DNA from: Octopus sinensis
Lineage: Eukaryota
Assembly (NCBI RefSeq): GCF_006345805.1
Contig: NC_043018.1
Coordinates: 22,568,001 to 22,632,000, forward strand
Direction: 5' to 3'
Length of the DNA: 64,000 bases
Shown here: in pieces, positions 13,555 to 26,437 of the stretch
Layout of the letters: the number at the start of each line of letters is the position of its first letter
How positions within the stretch are numbered: position 1 is the first letter of the stretch
Position numbers and translations under genes: made by a program
Notes under the pieces: model-generated
Database searches by the model: none
The model's input: only the letters and a program-made list of their open reading frames with translations
Told to the model about the DNA's origin: nothing

Positions 13555-13778
13555 TGATGTATGTATGTATGTATGTATGTATGTATGTATGTATGTATGT
13601 ATGTATGTATGTATGTATGTATGTATGTATCTATGTATGTATGTATGTATGTATGTATTATGTATGTATGTATGTATGTATGTATGTATGTATGTATGTA
13701 TGTATGTATGTATGTATGTATGTATGTATGTATGTATGTATGTATGTATGAATGTATGCATGTATGTATGTATGTATG

Positions 13779-13810
<32 letters not shown>

Positions 13811-14640
13811 TGTATGTATTATGTATGTATGTATGTATGTATGTATGTATGTATGTATGTATGTATGTATGTATGTATGTATGTATGTATGTATGAATGT
13901 ATGCATGTATGTATGTATGTATGTATGTATGTATCTATGTATGTATGTATGTATGTATGTATGTATGTATTATGTATGTATGTATGAATGTATGTATGTA
14001 TGTATGTATGTATGTATGTATGTATGTATGTATGTATGTATGTATGTATGTATGAATGTATGCATGTATGTATGTATGTATGTATGTATGTATCTATGTA
14101 TGTATGTATGTATGAATGTATGCATGTATGTATGTATGTATGTATGTATCTATGTATGTATGTATGTATGAATGTATGCATGTATGTATGTATGTATGTA
14201 TGTATGTATCTATGTATGTATGTATGTATGTATGTATGTATTATGTATGTATGTATGTATGAATGTATGTATGTATGTATGAATGTATGCATGTATGTAT
14301 GTATGTATGTATGTATGTATCTATGTATGTATGTATGTATGTATGTATGTATGTATGAATGTATGCATGTATGTATGTATGTATGTATGTATGTATTATG
14401 TATGTATGTATGTGTGTATGTGTGTATGTATGTATGTATGTGTGTATGTGTGTATGTATGTATGTAAGTATGTATGTAAGGATGTATGTATGTATGTATT
14501 TATGTATGTATGTATGTATGTATGTATGTATGTATGTATGTACGTATGTGTGTGTATGTGTGTATGTATGTATGTGTCTATGTATGTATGTATGTGTCTA
14601 TGTATGTATGTATGTGTCTATGTATGTATGTGTATTTATA
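13555..14640. repeat. (TATG)n microsatellite. Other large arrays: (GT)n 1125-1715, CT-rich 5040-5520, (ATGG)n 18840-19140, compound GT/GA 25808-26450, (GGT/AGT)n 37258-37600, (GATA)n 45100-45685, (CATA)n 46530-46910
   Basis: Direct inspection; source of most low-complexity ORFs in the track. Confidence 0.97.
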
Positions 14641-15452
14641 CATGTTTGTGCCTTTGTGTTTGGTAACTTGTGTGTTATTTTGTAATTTAAAAAAAGCAGT
14701 AAAATGAAACTACTTGTTTTGTGGGGGCAAGTAAGCCATTTCATATTCATAATTCATCCGATATGTATTTACATGTACCCCAAGGTCTTGTTTGTGAAGG
14801 TGCATGGCTCAGTGGTTAGAGCGTCGAGCTTACGTTCGCGAGGTTGTGAGTTCGAATCCCGGACCGGGCTGCGTGTTGTGTTCTTGAGCAAGACACTTTA
14901 TTTCACGTTGCTCCAGTTCACTCCGCTGTAGAAATGAGTTGCGACGTCACAGGTGTCAAGCTGTATCAGCCTTTGCCTTTCCCTTGGATAACACTGGTGG
15001 CATGGAGATGGGAGGCCGGTATGCATGGGCGACTGCTGGTCTTCCTTAAACAACCTTACCCGGACTTGTGCCTGGGAGGGTACCTGCCTAGGTGCAATCC
15101 CATGGTCAGTCATGACCGAAGGGGGGGGTCTCCGCAAAAATGCCTTGTTTTGTCTGTCCTTGTGGTATCTCCTCTTTATAAAGGCCATGTGCCTAAATAA
15201 AAGAAATAAACCTGTGTTATTTTGTTTACGCCCCCATATCTTAGCAGTTCTGCAAAAGCGACCGATTTAATAATCAACAGACTTTAAAATAAATACTGGG
15301 GGGTCAATTTGTTCGACTAAACCCTTCAAGTTGGTGACCCGGCGTGGCTGCACTCCAATGCTTGAAACGTGTAACAGATAAATGAAAACTTACGATATGC
15401 AAATAACAAATCCTAAACTGAAAACAGCATTAAAATGTTGGCTGATACTTAC

Positions 15453-15552
15453 CTGGATTGCTGCTGCGAATTCAAATTCAATTTGAATTGTGACTGTAAT
15501 AAACCATTCGGCATTTTCACCTTCAGTCACATTGTAAAGACATCGGAGGTTA
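15453..15552 (-). CDS. IDO: IDO-family exon 6 (D-NLRCLYNVTEGENAEWFITVTIQIEFEFAAAIQ)
   Basis: cag/gtaagt sites, 100 nt; EWF...V...E distal-pocket helix. Confidence 0.93.
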
Positions 15553-15639
15553 CTGGTTAAAGTAGAAATTATATTTGGGCTTTATATAGATGGACGTACA
15601 GACAGACAGACAGACAGACAGACAAACTGACTGACAGAC

Positions 15640-15717
<78 letters not shown>

Positions 15718-15810
15718 GTTTCTTTATTAGCCACACAGGGCTGCACACAGATGGGACAAGTTACAAGGTAGAGCTTTTCTTTTGGGGATGAAAAAAACAA
15801 AAAACAAAAG

Positions 15811-15926
<116 letters not shown>

Positions 15927-16129
15927 CAGATGGGAGAGAATTCACAAAAAAAGACAAAAGACGAAGACAGGTGGTGTAGAAAACAAACAGATGTATTAGT
16001 ATAACGCTCGGGAATTGAAAAAGTCTTTAATGTTTCGAGCCTACGCTCTTCCACAAAAAGGAACACAAAGAAACAAGGAGAGAAAAATGTGTGTAGTGGC
16101 TAGCGATCTATCATGGTGATATAGATAGG

Positions 16130-16229
<100 letters not shown>

Positions 16230-16250
16230 AAGACAGACAGACAGACAGAC

Positions 16251-16337
<87 letters not shown>

Positions 16338-16650
16338 GGCATACTTACACGCAACACACATACATACATTTAAAAACAGTATAAACAATCATTTACCCCA
16401 ACACACACACACACATAAAATAAAATAAAAAGATCTTTCTACGACTGTTAGTTTAATATCTGATAATTTTTTCTAATTAAATTGTTATGCTCTATCAAAT
16501 AATTATGAGGATAAAATAATTAATTTCTCTTTCAGGTCAGTTTTGTATAAAAAAAAAAACAACTTAATAATAAGGATTTCATACAAATTGATATTATTCT
16601 CCTGAACAAATTAGTTGTTAGTTTAGAATATATTTATAAAACATACTCAC

Positions 16651-16665
16651 TCTAACTCCAGGGGC
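16651..16665 (-). CDS. IDO: IDO-family exon 5, 15-nt microexon (K-PLEL-D)
   Basis: ttcttacacttcag|gcccctggagttaga|gtgagt; phase 2-2. Restores the frame between exons 4 and 6 and matches the 15-nt exon of human IDO1 (KPLTYE). Confidence 0.88.
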
Positions 16666-17437
16666 CTGAAGTGTAAGAAATATCATAAAAGCAATATAAA
16701 ATACTACGCAAAAAAAAAGATGTTAAAATATATCAAAATATTTTTTTAAATGTAAGATACGAAACACAGCTTTACGAAACTACGCTAATCTGACAAGTAC
16801 AGTAATATAATCTTTTCTGCTAAAGGCACAAGGCCTGATCTTTTAGAGGAGGAGGGAGTTAAGTCGATTGCATCGGCACCAGTACTCAACTAAATTTATC
16901 GACCCCGAAAGGATGAAAAGCAAAGTCGACCTCGGCGGAATTTGAACTCAGAACGTAGCGACAGGCGAAATACCTATTTCTTTATTGCCCACAAGGGGCT
17001 AAACACAAAGAGGACAAACAAGGACAGACAAACGGATTAAGTCGACTATATCGACCCCAGTGCGTAACCCTGAGAGGATGAAAGGCAAAGTCGACCTTGG
17101 CGGAATTTGAACTCAGAACGTAACGTTCTTTGTTTCTGTGTGATTGATGTTGTTGTTGTTTTCTTTTTTTTTCTTCAAAACTTTTCATCAATGCGTAGGA
17201 GTGGCTGTGTGGTAAGTAGCTTGCTTACCAGCCACATGGTTCCGGGTTCAGTCCCACTGTGTGGCAACTTGGGCAACTGTCTTCTACTATGGCCTCGAGC
17301 CGACCAAAGCCTTGTGAATGGATTTGGTAGACGGAAACTGAAAGAAGACTGTCGTATATATGTATATATATATGTATATATATATGTATGTATATATATA
17401 TATGTATGTATATATATATATATAATATATATTATAT

Positions 17438-17472
<35 letters not shown>

Positions 17473-17474
<2 letters not shown>

Positions 17475-18133
17475 CTGTAAAATAATATGTGACAATTATT
17501 CGGTAGCCAAGATAAAACTCTGAGTTTCGGATGCCGAAACTCTTCGGTTATCTGGCCATCTGAAAAATGCTATGAAAAAATACCGTTATACAAAGGGAAA
17601 TTACTTATACAAAAGCACTAATTCGAATGACCGCTAATTAAGATAACGTTAAAAGTTCATAGTAAACACGTAAGCATGCCTATTCATACGTACATGTGTG
17701 CGCTCGTGCACCTACGTGCGTACGTATACATCACTATGAAAACGTACATATCTTCACTCACATTTTTCGCCAAATGTATATGCATATATATACAATCTCA
17801 TACACACACACACACGCACCGTAAAATTTCATACATACGTCTACATACGCACAAGCACAAGAAAAGATAGGGTTAAGGGTAACAATACAGAAAAAAAGGC
17901 ATAAGGATAAACTTTTAACGTTATCTTAATTAGCGGCCATTCGAATTAGCGCTTTTGTATAAGTAGCGGACTATAACACAGTAATTTCCCTTTGTATAAC
18001 GGTCTTTTTTCATAGCGTTTTTTCCAGATGGCCAGATAACCGAAGAGATGGTGGTGTGGATTTCCACCTCGGCATCCGAAACTCGGAGTTTTATCTTGGC
18101 TACCGAATAATTGTCACATATTATTTTACAGAT
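17473..18133. mobile_element. Long inverted repeat (arms about 185 and 225 bp) with a decayed hammerhead motif in each arm
   Basis: 17473-17657 is the reverse complement of 17910-18133 apart from two indels. Motif GAUAA-cCGAAGA...GAAA-cucggag-UU-UUAUC; flanked by (TA)n. Confidence 0.65.
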
Positions 18134-18205
18134 AAATTTCCTCTATATAATATTGAGGTCTCTTTCTCTTTTTTTTTAATCTTACCGTTTTTACAAATAT
18201 ATATA

Positions 18206-18241
<36 letters not shown>

Positions 18242-19155
18242 TGTATGTATGTATGTATGTATTTATGTACTATCGGGGTATATTCTACTGATGAAGGCAG
18301 AGCATTTCTTATGTAGAATCAGAAATCCGGGATCTGGAATTATCCAGTCATTTTTTTTTTTTTGCTAGTTTATTTTGTCTCTTTGTCCTCTCTCCTAGTG
18401 CTGTATGAACATTTAATGTAGTTTTAGGGTCAAGTTTTGGCTGCTATTTCCAGCGTGGTGGTATCTCTTAGATACCCTAAATTGTAATTTTAATAATTAC
18501 TACCTTTGAAGGTTTTTATTCCCATGCTGGCCACCTGATAAGATCGGTATTTAAATAACGATCTTATCCTTATATATATATATAATTTTTGTTTGCCTAT
18601 AGGTATTTATATACACTGGATAAATGTGTGAAATATTTTATATAATTTCAAAATTCGTGAACGGATTCTGATCATAATTTTCTGGCCGTTTTTTGGTTTT
18701 GTGAAATCCAGTTTCTTATGATTTGTACTGATTTCACGGAATTCAAACCGGCCCTAATTAATGTGGCAACGGTTATTTTTGAGTTGAAACTGTTCTAGAA
18801 ATTTGTAGCAATTGGGACACATGTGTCTTTAATATATAGATAAATAGATAGATGGATAGAGGGACGGACGGATGGATGGCTGATTGGATGGACAGATGGA
18901 CGGTTGGACAGATGGATGGATGGATAGATGGATGCATGGATGCATGGATGCATGGATGGATGGATGCATGGATGGATGCATGGATGCATGGATGCATGGA
19001 TGCATGGATGGATGAATGGATGGATGGATGGATAGATGGATGGGTGAATGTATGGATAGATGGATGGATGGATGCATGCATGGATGTATGGATAATTGGA
19101 TGGATGCATGGATGTATGGATAGATGGGTGGATGGATGGATAATTGAACACTTAC

Positions 19156-19274
19156 TTATTCTCATCTTTTTTCCTCCAGTTAATAATTATAATATCGGCA
19201 TATGTTAGAATAGGCTTCAAGTCTAATTCTTCTGATAGTCTGTACCATGGAACCGCCAACTGTTCCGGAATGCT
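19156..19274 (-). CDS. IDO: IDO-family exon 4 ([40 protein letters not shown])
   Basis: cag/gtaagt sites, 119 nt, ends in phase 2; PILTYAD and NW motifs. Confidence 0.95.
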
Positions 19275-19629
19275 CTGGAAAAGAAAGAAGAGTTGTATTC
19301 TAATGGAAATGACGAATAAAAATCAGTCATCGCAATATTACTCCGCATAAAATATTCCTTATGAAGCACTTCTCATAAATTATCTTATCATGTCAGAAAT
19401 TAGTTGATCCGAATCTTCGTAGACTAATGTATGATGTTTAGAGACTTAGCGGTATTTCGTCTATCTTCATGCTCTGAGTTCAAATTCCGCCGAAGTCGAC
19501 TTTGCCTTTCATTCTTTCGGGGTCGATAAATTAAATACCAGTGAAACACTGGGGTCGATCTAATCGACTGGCCCCCTCTCCCAAAATTTCGGACCTTGTG
19601 CCTAGAGTAGAAAAGAATATTTCTCTCTT

Positions 19630-19665
<36 letters not shown>

Positions 19666-19890
19666 TCTCTCTCTCACTTTCTCTTGGTTAAAGAAGTGTA
19701 CCGGAAGTGTTCGCCAGTATCAATACATACTTCCGGTACACGTCAATCAAAAGAAAGAAGAGAGGTGGTAAGTAATGTAATTCTCGATACAACATGAAAT
19801 ATTTCATGTTTTCTCTCGCAGTTTTAACAAGATATATAAATATGTATATATATGCGTGTGTGTATGTGTGTGTGTGTGTGTGCATATATT

Positions 19891-20430
19891 TGTCTCTAAA
19901 TGTGACTAGAGTGTTAGGAAACACCTACACCTAAGGCGCTCTGATGAAAACATATATACTAACAGGGACTTTAATTGTCTGAAAAATACTGATCGAAAAT
20001 TCTTAATTCTGACGTCAGTTTCGGCAATTTCCGTTGCCTCATCAGTTAATCCCCCTCCATTGTTCGGCTTTTTCAGGACCTGCTTCACTATTGATATTTA
20101 TATTTTCATCATCCAAATTACTGGGTGATTTAGCAATTCGTTAATGTGTATATATATAATTAATATAAACAGCAGATTGCAATGTTTCGCCAAAAAGGAG
20201 AATTATAATTGTCACTAAATGTGACTAGGGTGTTAGGAAACATCTACATTGCTAGAAATAAGAGCTAAATTTGTCTAATACTGTAGTTAACGCACATGAA
20301 TGAAAACATATACACTTACAGGGACCGAAAAATGCCGATCGAAAATTCTTAATGCAGACGTCAGTTTCGCCAATTTCTGTTGCCTCATCAGTTAAGCCCA
20401 CTCGATTGTTCGGCTTTTCCGGACATATTT
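19891..20430 (-). mobile_element. Direct-repeat pair with two hammerhead motifs 346 nt apart (retrozyme or pseudo-LTR-like)
   Basis: Motifs at 20002-20049 and 20348-20396: UUAA-CUGAUGA-GGCAA-cggaaa-UUGCC-GAAA-CUGACGUCAG-(A/C)A-UUAA. U16.1 is mutated in both copies. Confidence 0.75.
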
Positions 20431-20585
20431 CGCTATATATGTACACACGCGCGCACACACACACATGTATGTATGTATATAAACAGGGTGATTATGGTTG
20501 AACGTCTACCTTTAGTTCTATGAGCTTAATTAAACGAAGGCAACAAAGTTATTTATTGAAAATAGTGTTAATATCATAACTTTAC

Positions 20586-20705
20586 CTTGGTCACTCCTTC
20601 TTCGCCTTCTTGCCAAATATAACCTGATGCAATGATAGCAAGCTGTAGATGTGCCAAACGCTTCTCCTTGTGCCCGTTCAACTTTGCAATGTCCAAAAGA
20701 GTCAT
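20586..20705 (-). CDS. IDO: IDO-family exon 3 (MTLLDIAKLNGHKEKRLAHLQLAIIASGYIWQEGEEGVTK)
   Basis: cag/gtaaag sites, 120 nt. KRLAHLQL..SGY.WQEGE closely matches abalone IDO-like myoglobin as recalled. Confidence 0.95.
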
Positions 20706-21592
20706 CTGAGGAAACATAAGAATTTTTGTCTTTTTCATCGTACACACAATTTGAGTCAAAAGATTATTCTTTCATTGTTTTGGGGTTTTTTTTTATTTTT
20801 TGATATATGGGCATAGGAAGGCGTCAAGCTGGCAGAACCGTTAGCATGTCGGACAAAATGCTTTGTAGCATTTCGTCTCTTTACGTTCTGAGTTCAAATG
20901 CAGCTGAGGTTGACTTTGCCTTTAATCTTTTCGGAGTCGATAAAATAAACACCGGTCGAGCACTGAGGTCGATGTAATCGACTTGCCCCTTATCCGAAAT
21001 TGCTGACATTGTGCTAAAATTTGAAACCAGTATGGCAAATGAATGCAGTCGATATTGAGGTAACGGGACTCTTCGATCTTGCGAGGGACATAACTTATCT
21101 AGTGTTAATGCTTTGATAAAATACACTGGTACACTTTGTGAAGTGGTTGGTGTCAGGAAAGGCATCCAACCGTAGAAAGCATGCGAAAAATTGTGATATA
21201 ATAGCGATATGCCGTTCTCCGACACATCTAGGCGTTTCCCGACCCGTCTGTTCTCCAAATGAGAACTTATTCACGACGTAACAATCCGTTTAACCCTTCA
21301 GCATTCAGAATACTCTATCAAATGTAATACTTATTCATTCAAATTGTGTTGAATTATCATGCATTATCCGATAGCTCTTAAATTTCGATGGTGTGATTAC
21401 TTAGAATGACATTGTAGGGCGGGTGTAAAGACCAAATCTGGCCAGTTTGAACATAAAACATGGAGAATATTTTGACCGGATATGGCCGGTTTAAATGCGA
21501 CAAGCTTAACAACAGCAACAATAACAACATCGGTAACAGCAACAACAACAACAAAACTAAGCATTAAGTATAATTGCTATATTTTTACGTAC

Positions 21593-21688
21593 GTTGTTAA
21601 CTTTATTGCGAAATTCTTTGGTTTCAACAAGTTTCGGCATGTTTTTCGCCAATTCATTCCACGTTTCAAAGTAACTTGGTAGTTTCTC
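21593..21688 (-). CDS. IDO: IDO-family exon 2 (EKLPSYFETWNELAKNMPKLVETKEFRNKVNN)
   Basis: Polypyrimidine-cag acceptor, gtacgt donor, 96 nt, the same size as human IDO1 exon 2; LPxYFxxWNxLAKxxP motif. Confidence 0.93.
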
Positions 21689-22120
21689 CTGCAAAAAGGA
21701 AACAGAATTTTCCAACAGAGTACCACAAAGTCTGTAAGATGAATGCGACCGATTATATTGCTCATCCTACGTGCCAGATATGCAGGAAAAGCTGGAAGGT
21801 AATATTGGTTCCTGCTCCGATTCTTTGACTGACAAATTACTTAACGAGCCGAGAAGGATAAAAGGTAAAATTCGAACCCCGATCTGAGTTGAACTGTTAT
21901 TTACTCTCTTTTTTTTTTTACTCTCTTTTACTTGTTTCAGTCATTTGACTGCGGCCATGCTGGAGCACCGCCTTTAGTCGAGCAAATCGACCCCGGGACT
22001 TATTCTTTTGTAAGCCCAGTACTTATTCTATCGGTCTCTTTTGCCGAACCGCTAAGTGACGGGGACGTAAACACACCAGCATCGGTTGTCAAGCAATGCT
22101 AGGGGGACAAACACACACAC

Positions 22121-22153
<33 letters not shown>

Positions 22154-22778
22154 CGACGGGCTTCTTTCAGTTTCCGTCTACCAAATCCACTCACAAGGCA
22201 TTGGTCGGCCCGGGGCTATAGCAGAAGACACTTGCCCAAGATGACACGCAGTGGGACTGAACCCGGAACCATGTGGTTGGTTAGCAAGCTACTTACCACA
22301 CAGCCACTCCTGCGCCTATTTAACTGGGAAAATATTTTGTCGACCCCCTGAAGGGTGAAAGGCAAACTCTCTTGAAACAATTTGAACTGCCAATTACTTA
22401 ACGGTCCCCGGAATGGTGAAAGACATTGGATAGACAGACAGACAGACGGATGGTCGAACGGATGGGTAGATTAAAAGCTAGCATACCAAGAATGCACTGG
22501 TAACTACAAAAGGACTGAACACCAATATTTGACCTTCACATTCTCAAAACAAATGGTAAACATCCTATTAATGTTTATATAAAACAAGAATAGCCAGAGA
22601 GTGCGACAGTTCTGTTGACTAACAACCTGACTACGTTCTTTTGTGAGATCCTTTGACCTGAAAATGGCACATACACACCTAATTGCAAAGCTATACATAC
22701 AAAAATATATTCTAACAAGTAGCACTTCACCAAATGTAAATCAATAAAAAATCTTCTGTATCACCTCAACGTAACATA

Positions 22779-23545
22779 CAGTATAATTACCATTCAATCG
22801 AACTCAGGTTACCCCAGACAATTTTGACTTAAAGCCAAGATAAACTTAACTGATTTACAATTCGATGATGACTTAGTTTGTCGAAACTTCGAAGTCACTT
22901 TCAATACAGTTCTTGTTAAAGAATAATAAACTTGTACTCTACCAAATGTATTGAGTAATCCTACAATGGCATACACTTGCATCAGAAATTAATTAGCACT
23001 TCTCAAATTTCTACATTAAATAGGTTAAATCAATTAACCTATGAGCTGTTCAAAACGTCTTACGCGATGAGAAAACTTAGTATGGTGTGATTTCGGTCAT
23101 TGCGAGGCGCTACCTATATCTATTAAACAAAGGAATTTGTCTGCATCCGCACTCCAAGTTGTTGTTGCACTGCTATGTCAACATCATAAGGCTGTAGACT
23201 CTCAAAATGCTCTGCAAACAAAGTTATGTCATCGTTCTGCGCAACAGTGAACTCGCAACAAAGCAATAGTTCGAGATATGGCCACTAGGTGACAGCACAT
23301 ACCTTGAGTGAAGAGCAAATCAAGGGTGCTAATTAATTTCTGACGGTAGTGTACAGTATAATTACTATCCAATCGAACTCAGGTTACCCCAGACAATTTT
23401 GACTTAAAGCCAAGATAAACTTAACTGATTTACAATTCGATGATGACTTAGTTTGTCGAAACTTCGAAGTCACTTTCAATACAGTTCTTGTTAAAGAATA
23501 ATAAATTTGTACTCTACCAAATGTATTGAGTAATCCTACAATGGA
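22779..23545 (+). mobile_element. About 190-bp direct repeats with hammerhead remnants, separated by a Tc1-like MITE
   Basis: 22779-22969 is repeated at 23357-23545. Each copy holds ucGAUGA-u-GAC-uuaguuu-GUC-GAAA-CUUCGAAG-UC (22862-22896, 23437-23471). Confidence 0.6.
22972..23358. mobile_element. Tc1/mariner-type MITE; second copy at about 60125-60493
   Basis: TIRs tacac(ttgca/taccg)tcagaaattaattagcac with TA ends. The internal sequence recurs in the opposite orientation near 60.1-60.5 kb. Confidence 0.8.
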
Positions 23546-23984
23546 ATATATGAGCAATTTAAGGTGGATTGCCTCTTGACCATAGGCTGAAACAGCTGTA
23601 AGGAGCAGTTTATTTGTATTTTTTTATTTATTATTAATTTGCATATTGATGTATATTGTTTTGTTCGATTTTCATGTTCCTATTTGTATAATTAATAAAT
23701 AATATGAATTTGTAATATCCGTAAGTTGATGATCGAAATGAATTTGTTCCTCCATTTTCTTATTTGGATTATATATATATACATACTTACATATATATAT
23801 ATATATATATATAATTAATAGTTAGGGAATCTAATAATTCTAAGCTAACAGGAAAAAAATTTCAATTAAGCACAACTAAATTAAAATTCACAATATAAGA
23901 TATATATAAAAAATAAATATTAGGAATAAATCCAAATTTACAGGGAAAAAATCAGATTTAGGATTAAATCCAATTTTATAGTAA

Positions 23985-24296
23985 AATATTATAAAATATC
24001 ATTAGAGACAAAACCACTATTTTGCAAAACAAACAAGGAAAGACTTAAATACATAAAATTTTAATAAATAGTCAAAAAAAACCGCCACTACAATCGTTCT
24101 TGTCTTGATAGAAATCTTCAGGTGGACTTCCAATAAGTCAGTTTAAATTATTGGAAGTCCACTGAAGATTGTCGATCAAGACAAGAAACGATTGTAGTGG
24201 CGGTTTTTTTGACTATTTATTAAAATTTTATGTATTGATTAAGTCTTTCCTTGTTTGTTTTGCAAAATAGTGGTTTTGTCTCTAATAATATTTTAT
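23985..24296. mobile_element. Near-perfect hairpin (about 150-bp arms, 11-nt loop) with a hammerhead motif in each arm
   Basis: Consensus CCAC-CUGAAGA-UUGUC-gaucaa-GACAA-GAAA-cgauug-UA-GUGG at 24085-24125 (-) and 24159-24200 (+). Each arm has a different lesion. Confidence 0.75.
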
Positions 24297-24447
24297 ATAT
24301 ATATATATATAATTTAGAGAAAACCGCTGTTTAGTTATTCCATCAATAATGAAAAGATATTATCTATAAAAACCACATAGAAATTAATTAGATATCTTAT
24401 AATTATTATTCTAAAAATCTCATAACAAATCAAATGTTATACTTATC

Positions 24448-24494
<47 letters not shown>

Positions 24495-24506
24495 ATGTAT
24501 ATATGT

Positions 24507-24553
<47 letters not shown>

Positions 24554-24566
24554 TATATAATATATG

Positions 24567-24602
<36 letters not shown>

Positions 24603-25374
24603 TATATGTATATATATATGTGTATATATATATATAGATATATATATATAATAATATATATATATATATATACTATAAAGATAATATAAATATGTATATA
24701 TATATATATATATATGTGTGTGTATGTATATATATATATAAAACTGAGAATGTGTGTCTGTCTGTCTAACTGTCTGTCTGTGTATTTATTTCGCCAGTTG
24801 ACATTCATACAACTATAATTGTAAAAGACATGACTGTGTGATAAGAAGCTTGCTTGCCCAACTGCTTGGTTCTGAGTTCAGTCTCATTGTGTGCTACCTT
24901 GGGTAAGTGTCTTCTAATATAATCCTGTGTCGACCAAAACCTTGTAAAAACAGTTTAGTAAGAAGGCAGCTGAAAGACATTATGCTAAGTCAAGGGTAGA
25001 GAGGGGTAAGAGGATGTCTATGTCTGCTTGCTACAGCAGAAGCACCTACAGCAATTCTTTTCTACACTAGGCACACAGCCCAAAATTTTGGGGGAGGGGG
25101 CCAGTCGATTAGATCAACCCCAGTACTCAACTGGTACTTAAGTCATCGAGCTGGCAGAATCGTTAGCACGCCGGGCGAAATGCTTTGAGGTATTTCGGCT
25201 GCCGTTACGTTCTGAGTTCAAATTCCGTCGAGGTCGACTTTGCCTTTCATCCTTTCGGGTTTGATAAATAAAGTACCGGATTCGCACTGGGGTCGATGTA
25301 ATCGACTTAATCCCTTTGTCTGTCCTTGTTTGTCCCCTCCATGTATAGTCCCTTGTGGACAAAAAAAAAAAAAG

Positions 25375-25600
25375 AAAGGCGGCGAGCTGGCAGAATCGTT
25401 AGCACGTCGGTTGAAATGCTTAGCGGTATTTCGTCTGCCGTTACGTTGTGAGTTCAAATTCCGCCGAGGTCGACTTTGCCTTTCATCCTTTCGGGGTCAA
25501 TTGAATAAGCACTGGGGTCGATATAATCGACTTATTCCGTTTGTATGTCCTTGTTTGTCCTCTCTGTGTTTAGCCCCTTGTGGGTAGTAAAGAAATAGGT
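25375..25600 (+). mobile_element. tRNA-derived CORE-type SINE family A (representative; about 20 copies, e.g. 270-860, 7645-7897, 16820-17125, 26670-26905, 27100-27510, 40730-40945, 43010-43228, 48515-48730)
   Basis: Head ggcgagctggcagaatcgttagc with B-box gagttcaaattcc; CORE-like gcctttcatcctttcggggtcgataaattaagtaccag; tail gtgggtaataaagaaata. Confidence 0.85.
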
Positions 25601-25806
25601 ACTTAAGTCGTCGATGCCGAAAGGATGAAAGGCAAAGTCGACCTTGGTAGAATTTGAACTCAGAACGTAAAGACAGATGGAATACCACTAAGCATGTCAC
25701 CTGGCGTGCTAACATTTCTGCCAGCTCGCCACCTTAGCACCTAAAGCAATTAACAAAAGCATGGTACAGGCTATGAAGTTAGGTTTGCAAGTGGTAGTTG
25801 TAGTTA

Positions 25807-25861
<55 letters not shown>

Positions 25862-26051
25862 TGAGAGAGAGGGAAGGAGAGAAAGAGAGAGAGACATACA
25901 CACACATACAGAAAGTGTGTGTGTGTGAGTGAGAGAGAGAGAGGGAAGGAGAGAAAGAGAGAGAGACATACACACACATACAGAAAGTGTGTGTGTGAGT
26001 GAGAGAGAGAGAAGGAAGGAGAGAAAGAGAGAGAGACACACACACATACAG

Positions 26052-26083
<32 letters not shown>

Positions 26084-26392
26084 TGAGAGAGAGAGGGAAG
26101 GAGAGAAAGAGAGAGAGACACACACACACACATACAGAAAGTGTGTGTGTGTGTGTGTGTGTGTGAGTGAGAGAGAGAGAAGGAAGGAGAGAAAGAGAGA
26201 GAGACACACACACACATACAGAAAGTGTGTGTGTGTGTGTGTGTGTGAGTGAGAGAGAGAGAAGGAAGGAGAGAAAGAGAGAGACACACACACACATACA
26301 GAAAGAGTGTGTGTGTGTGTGTGTGTGTGTGTGAGTGAGAGAGAGAGAGAGGGAAGGAGAGAAAGAGAGAGAGACACACACACACATACAGA

Positions 26393-26437
<45 letters not shown>

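Noticed and set aside
18278-18320. attcta-CTGATGA...tagaat, a possible hammerhead
   Set aside because: Stem I is present but GAAA and stem II are missing; too degraded to count.
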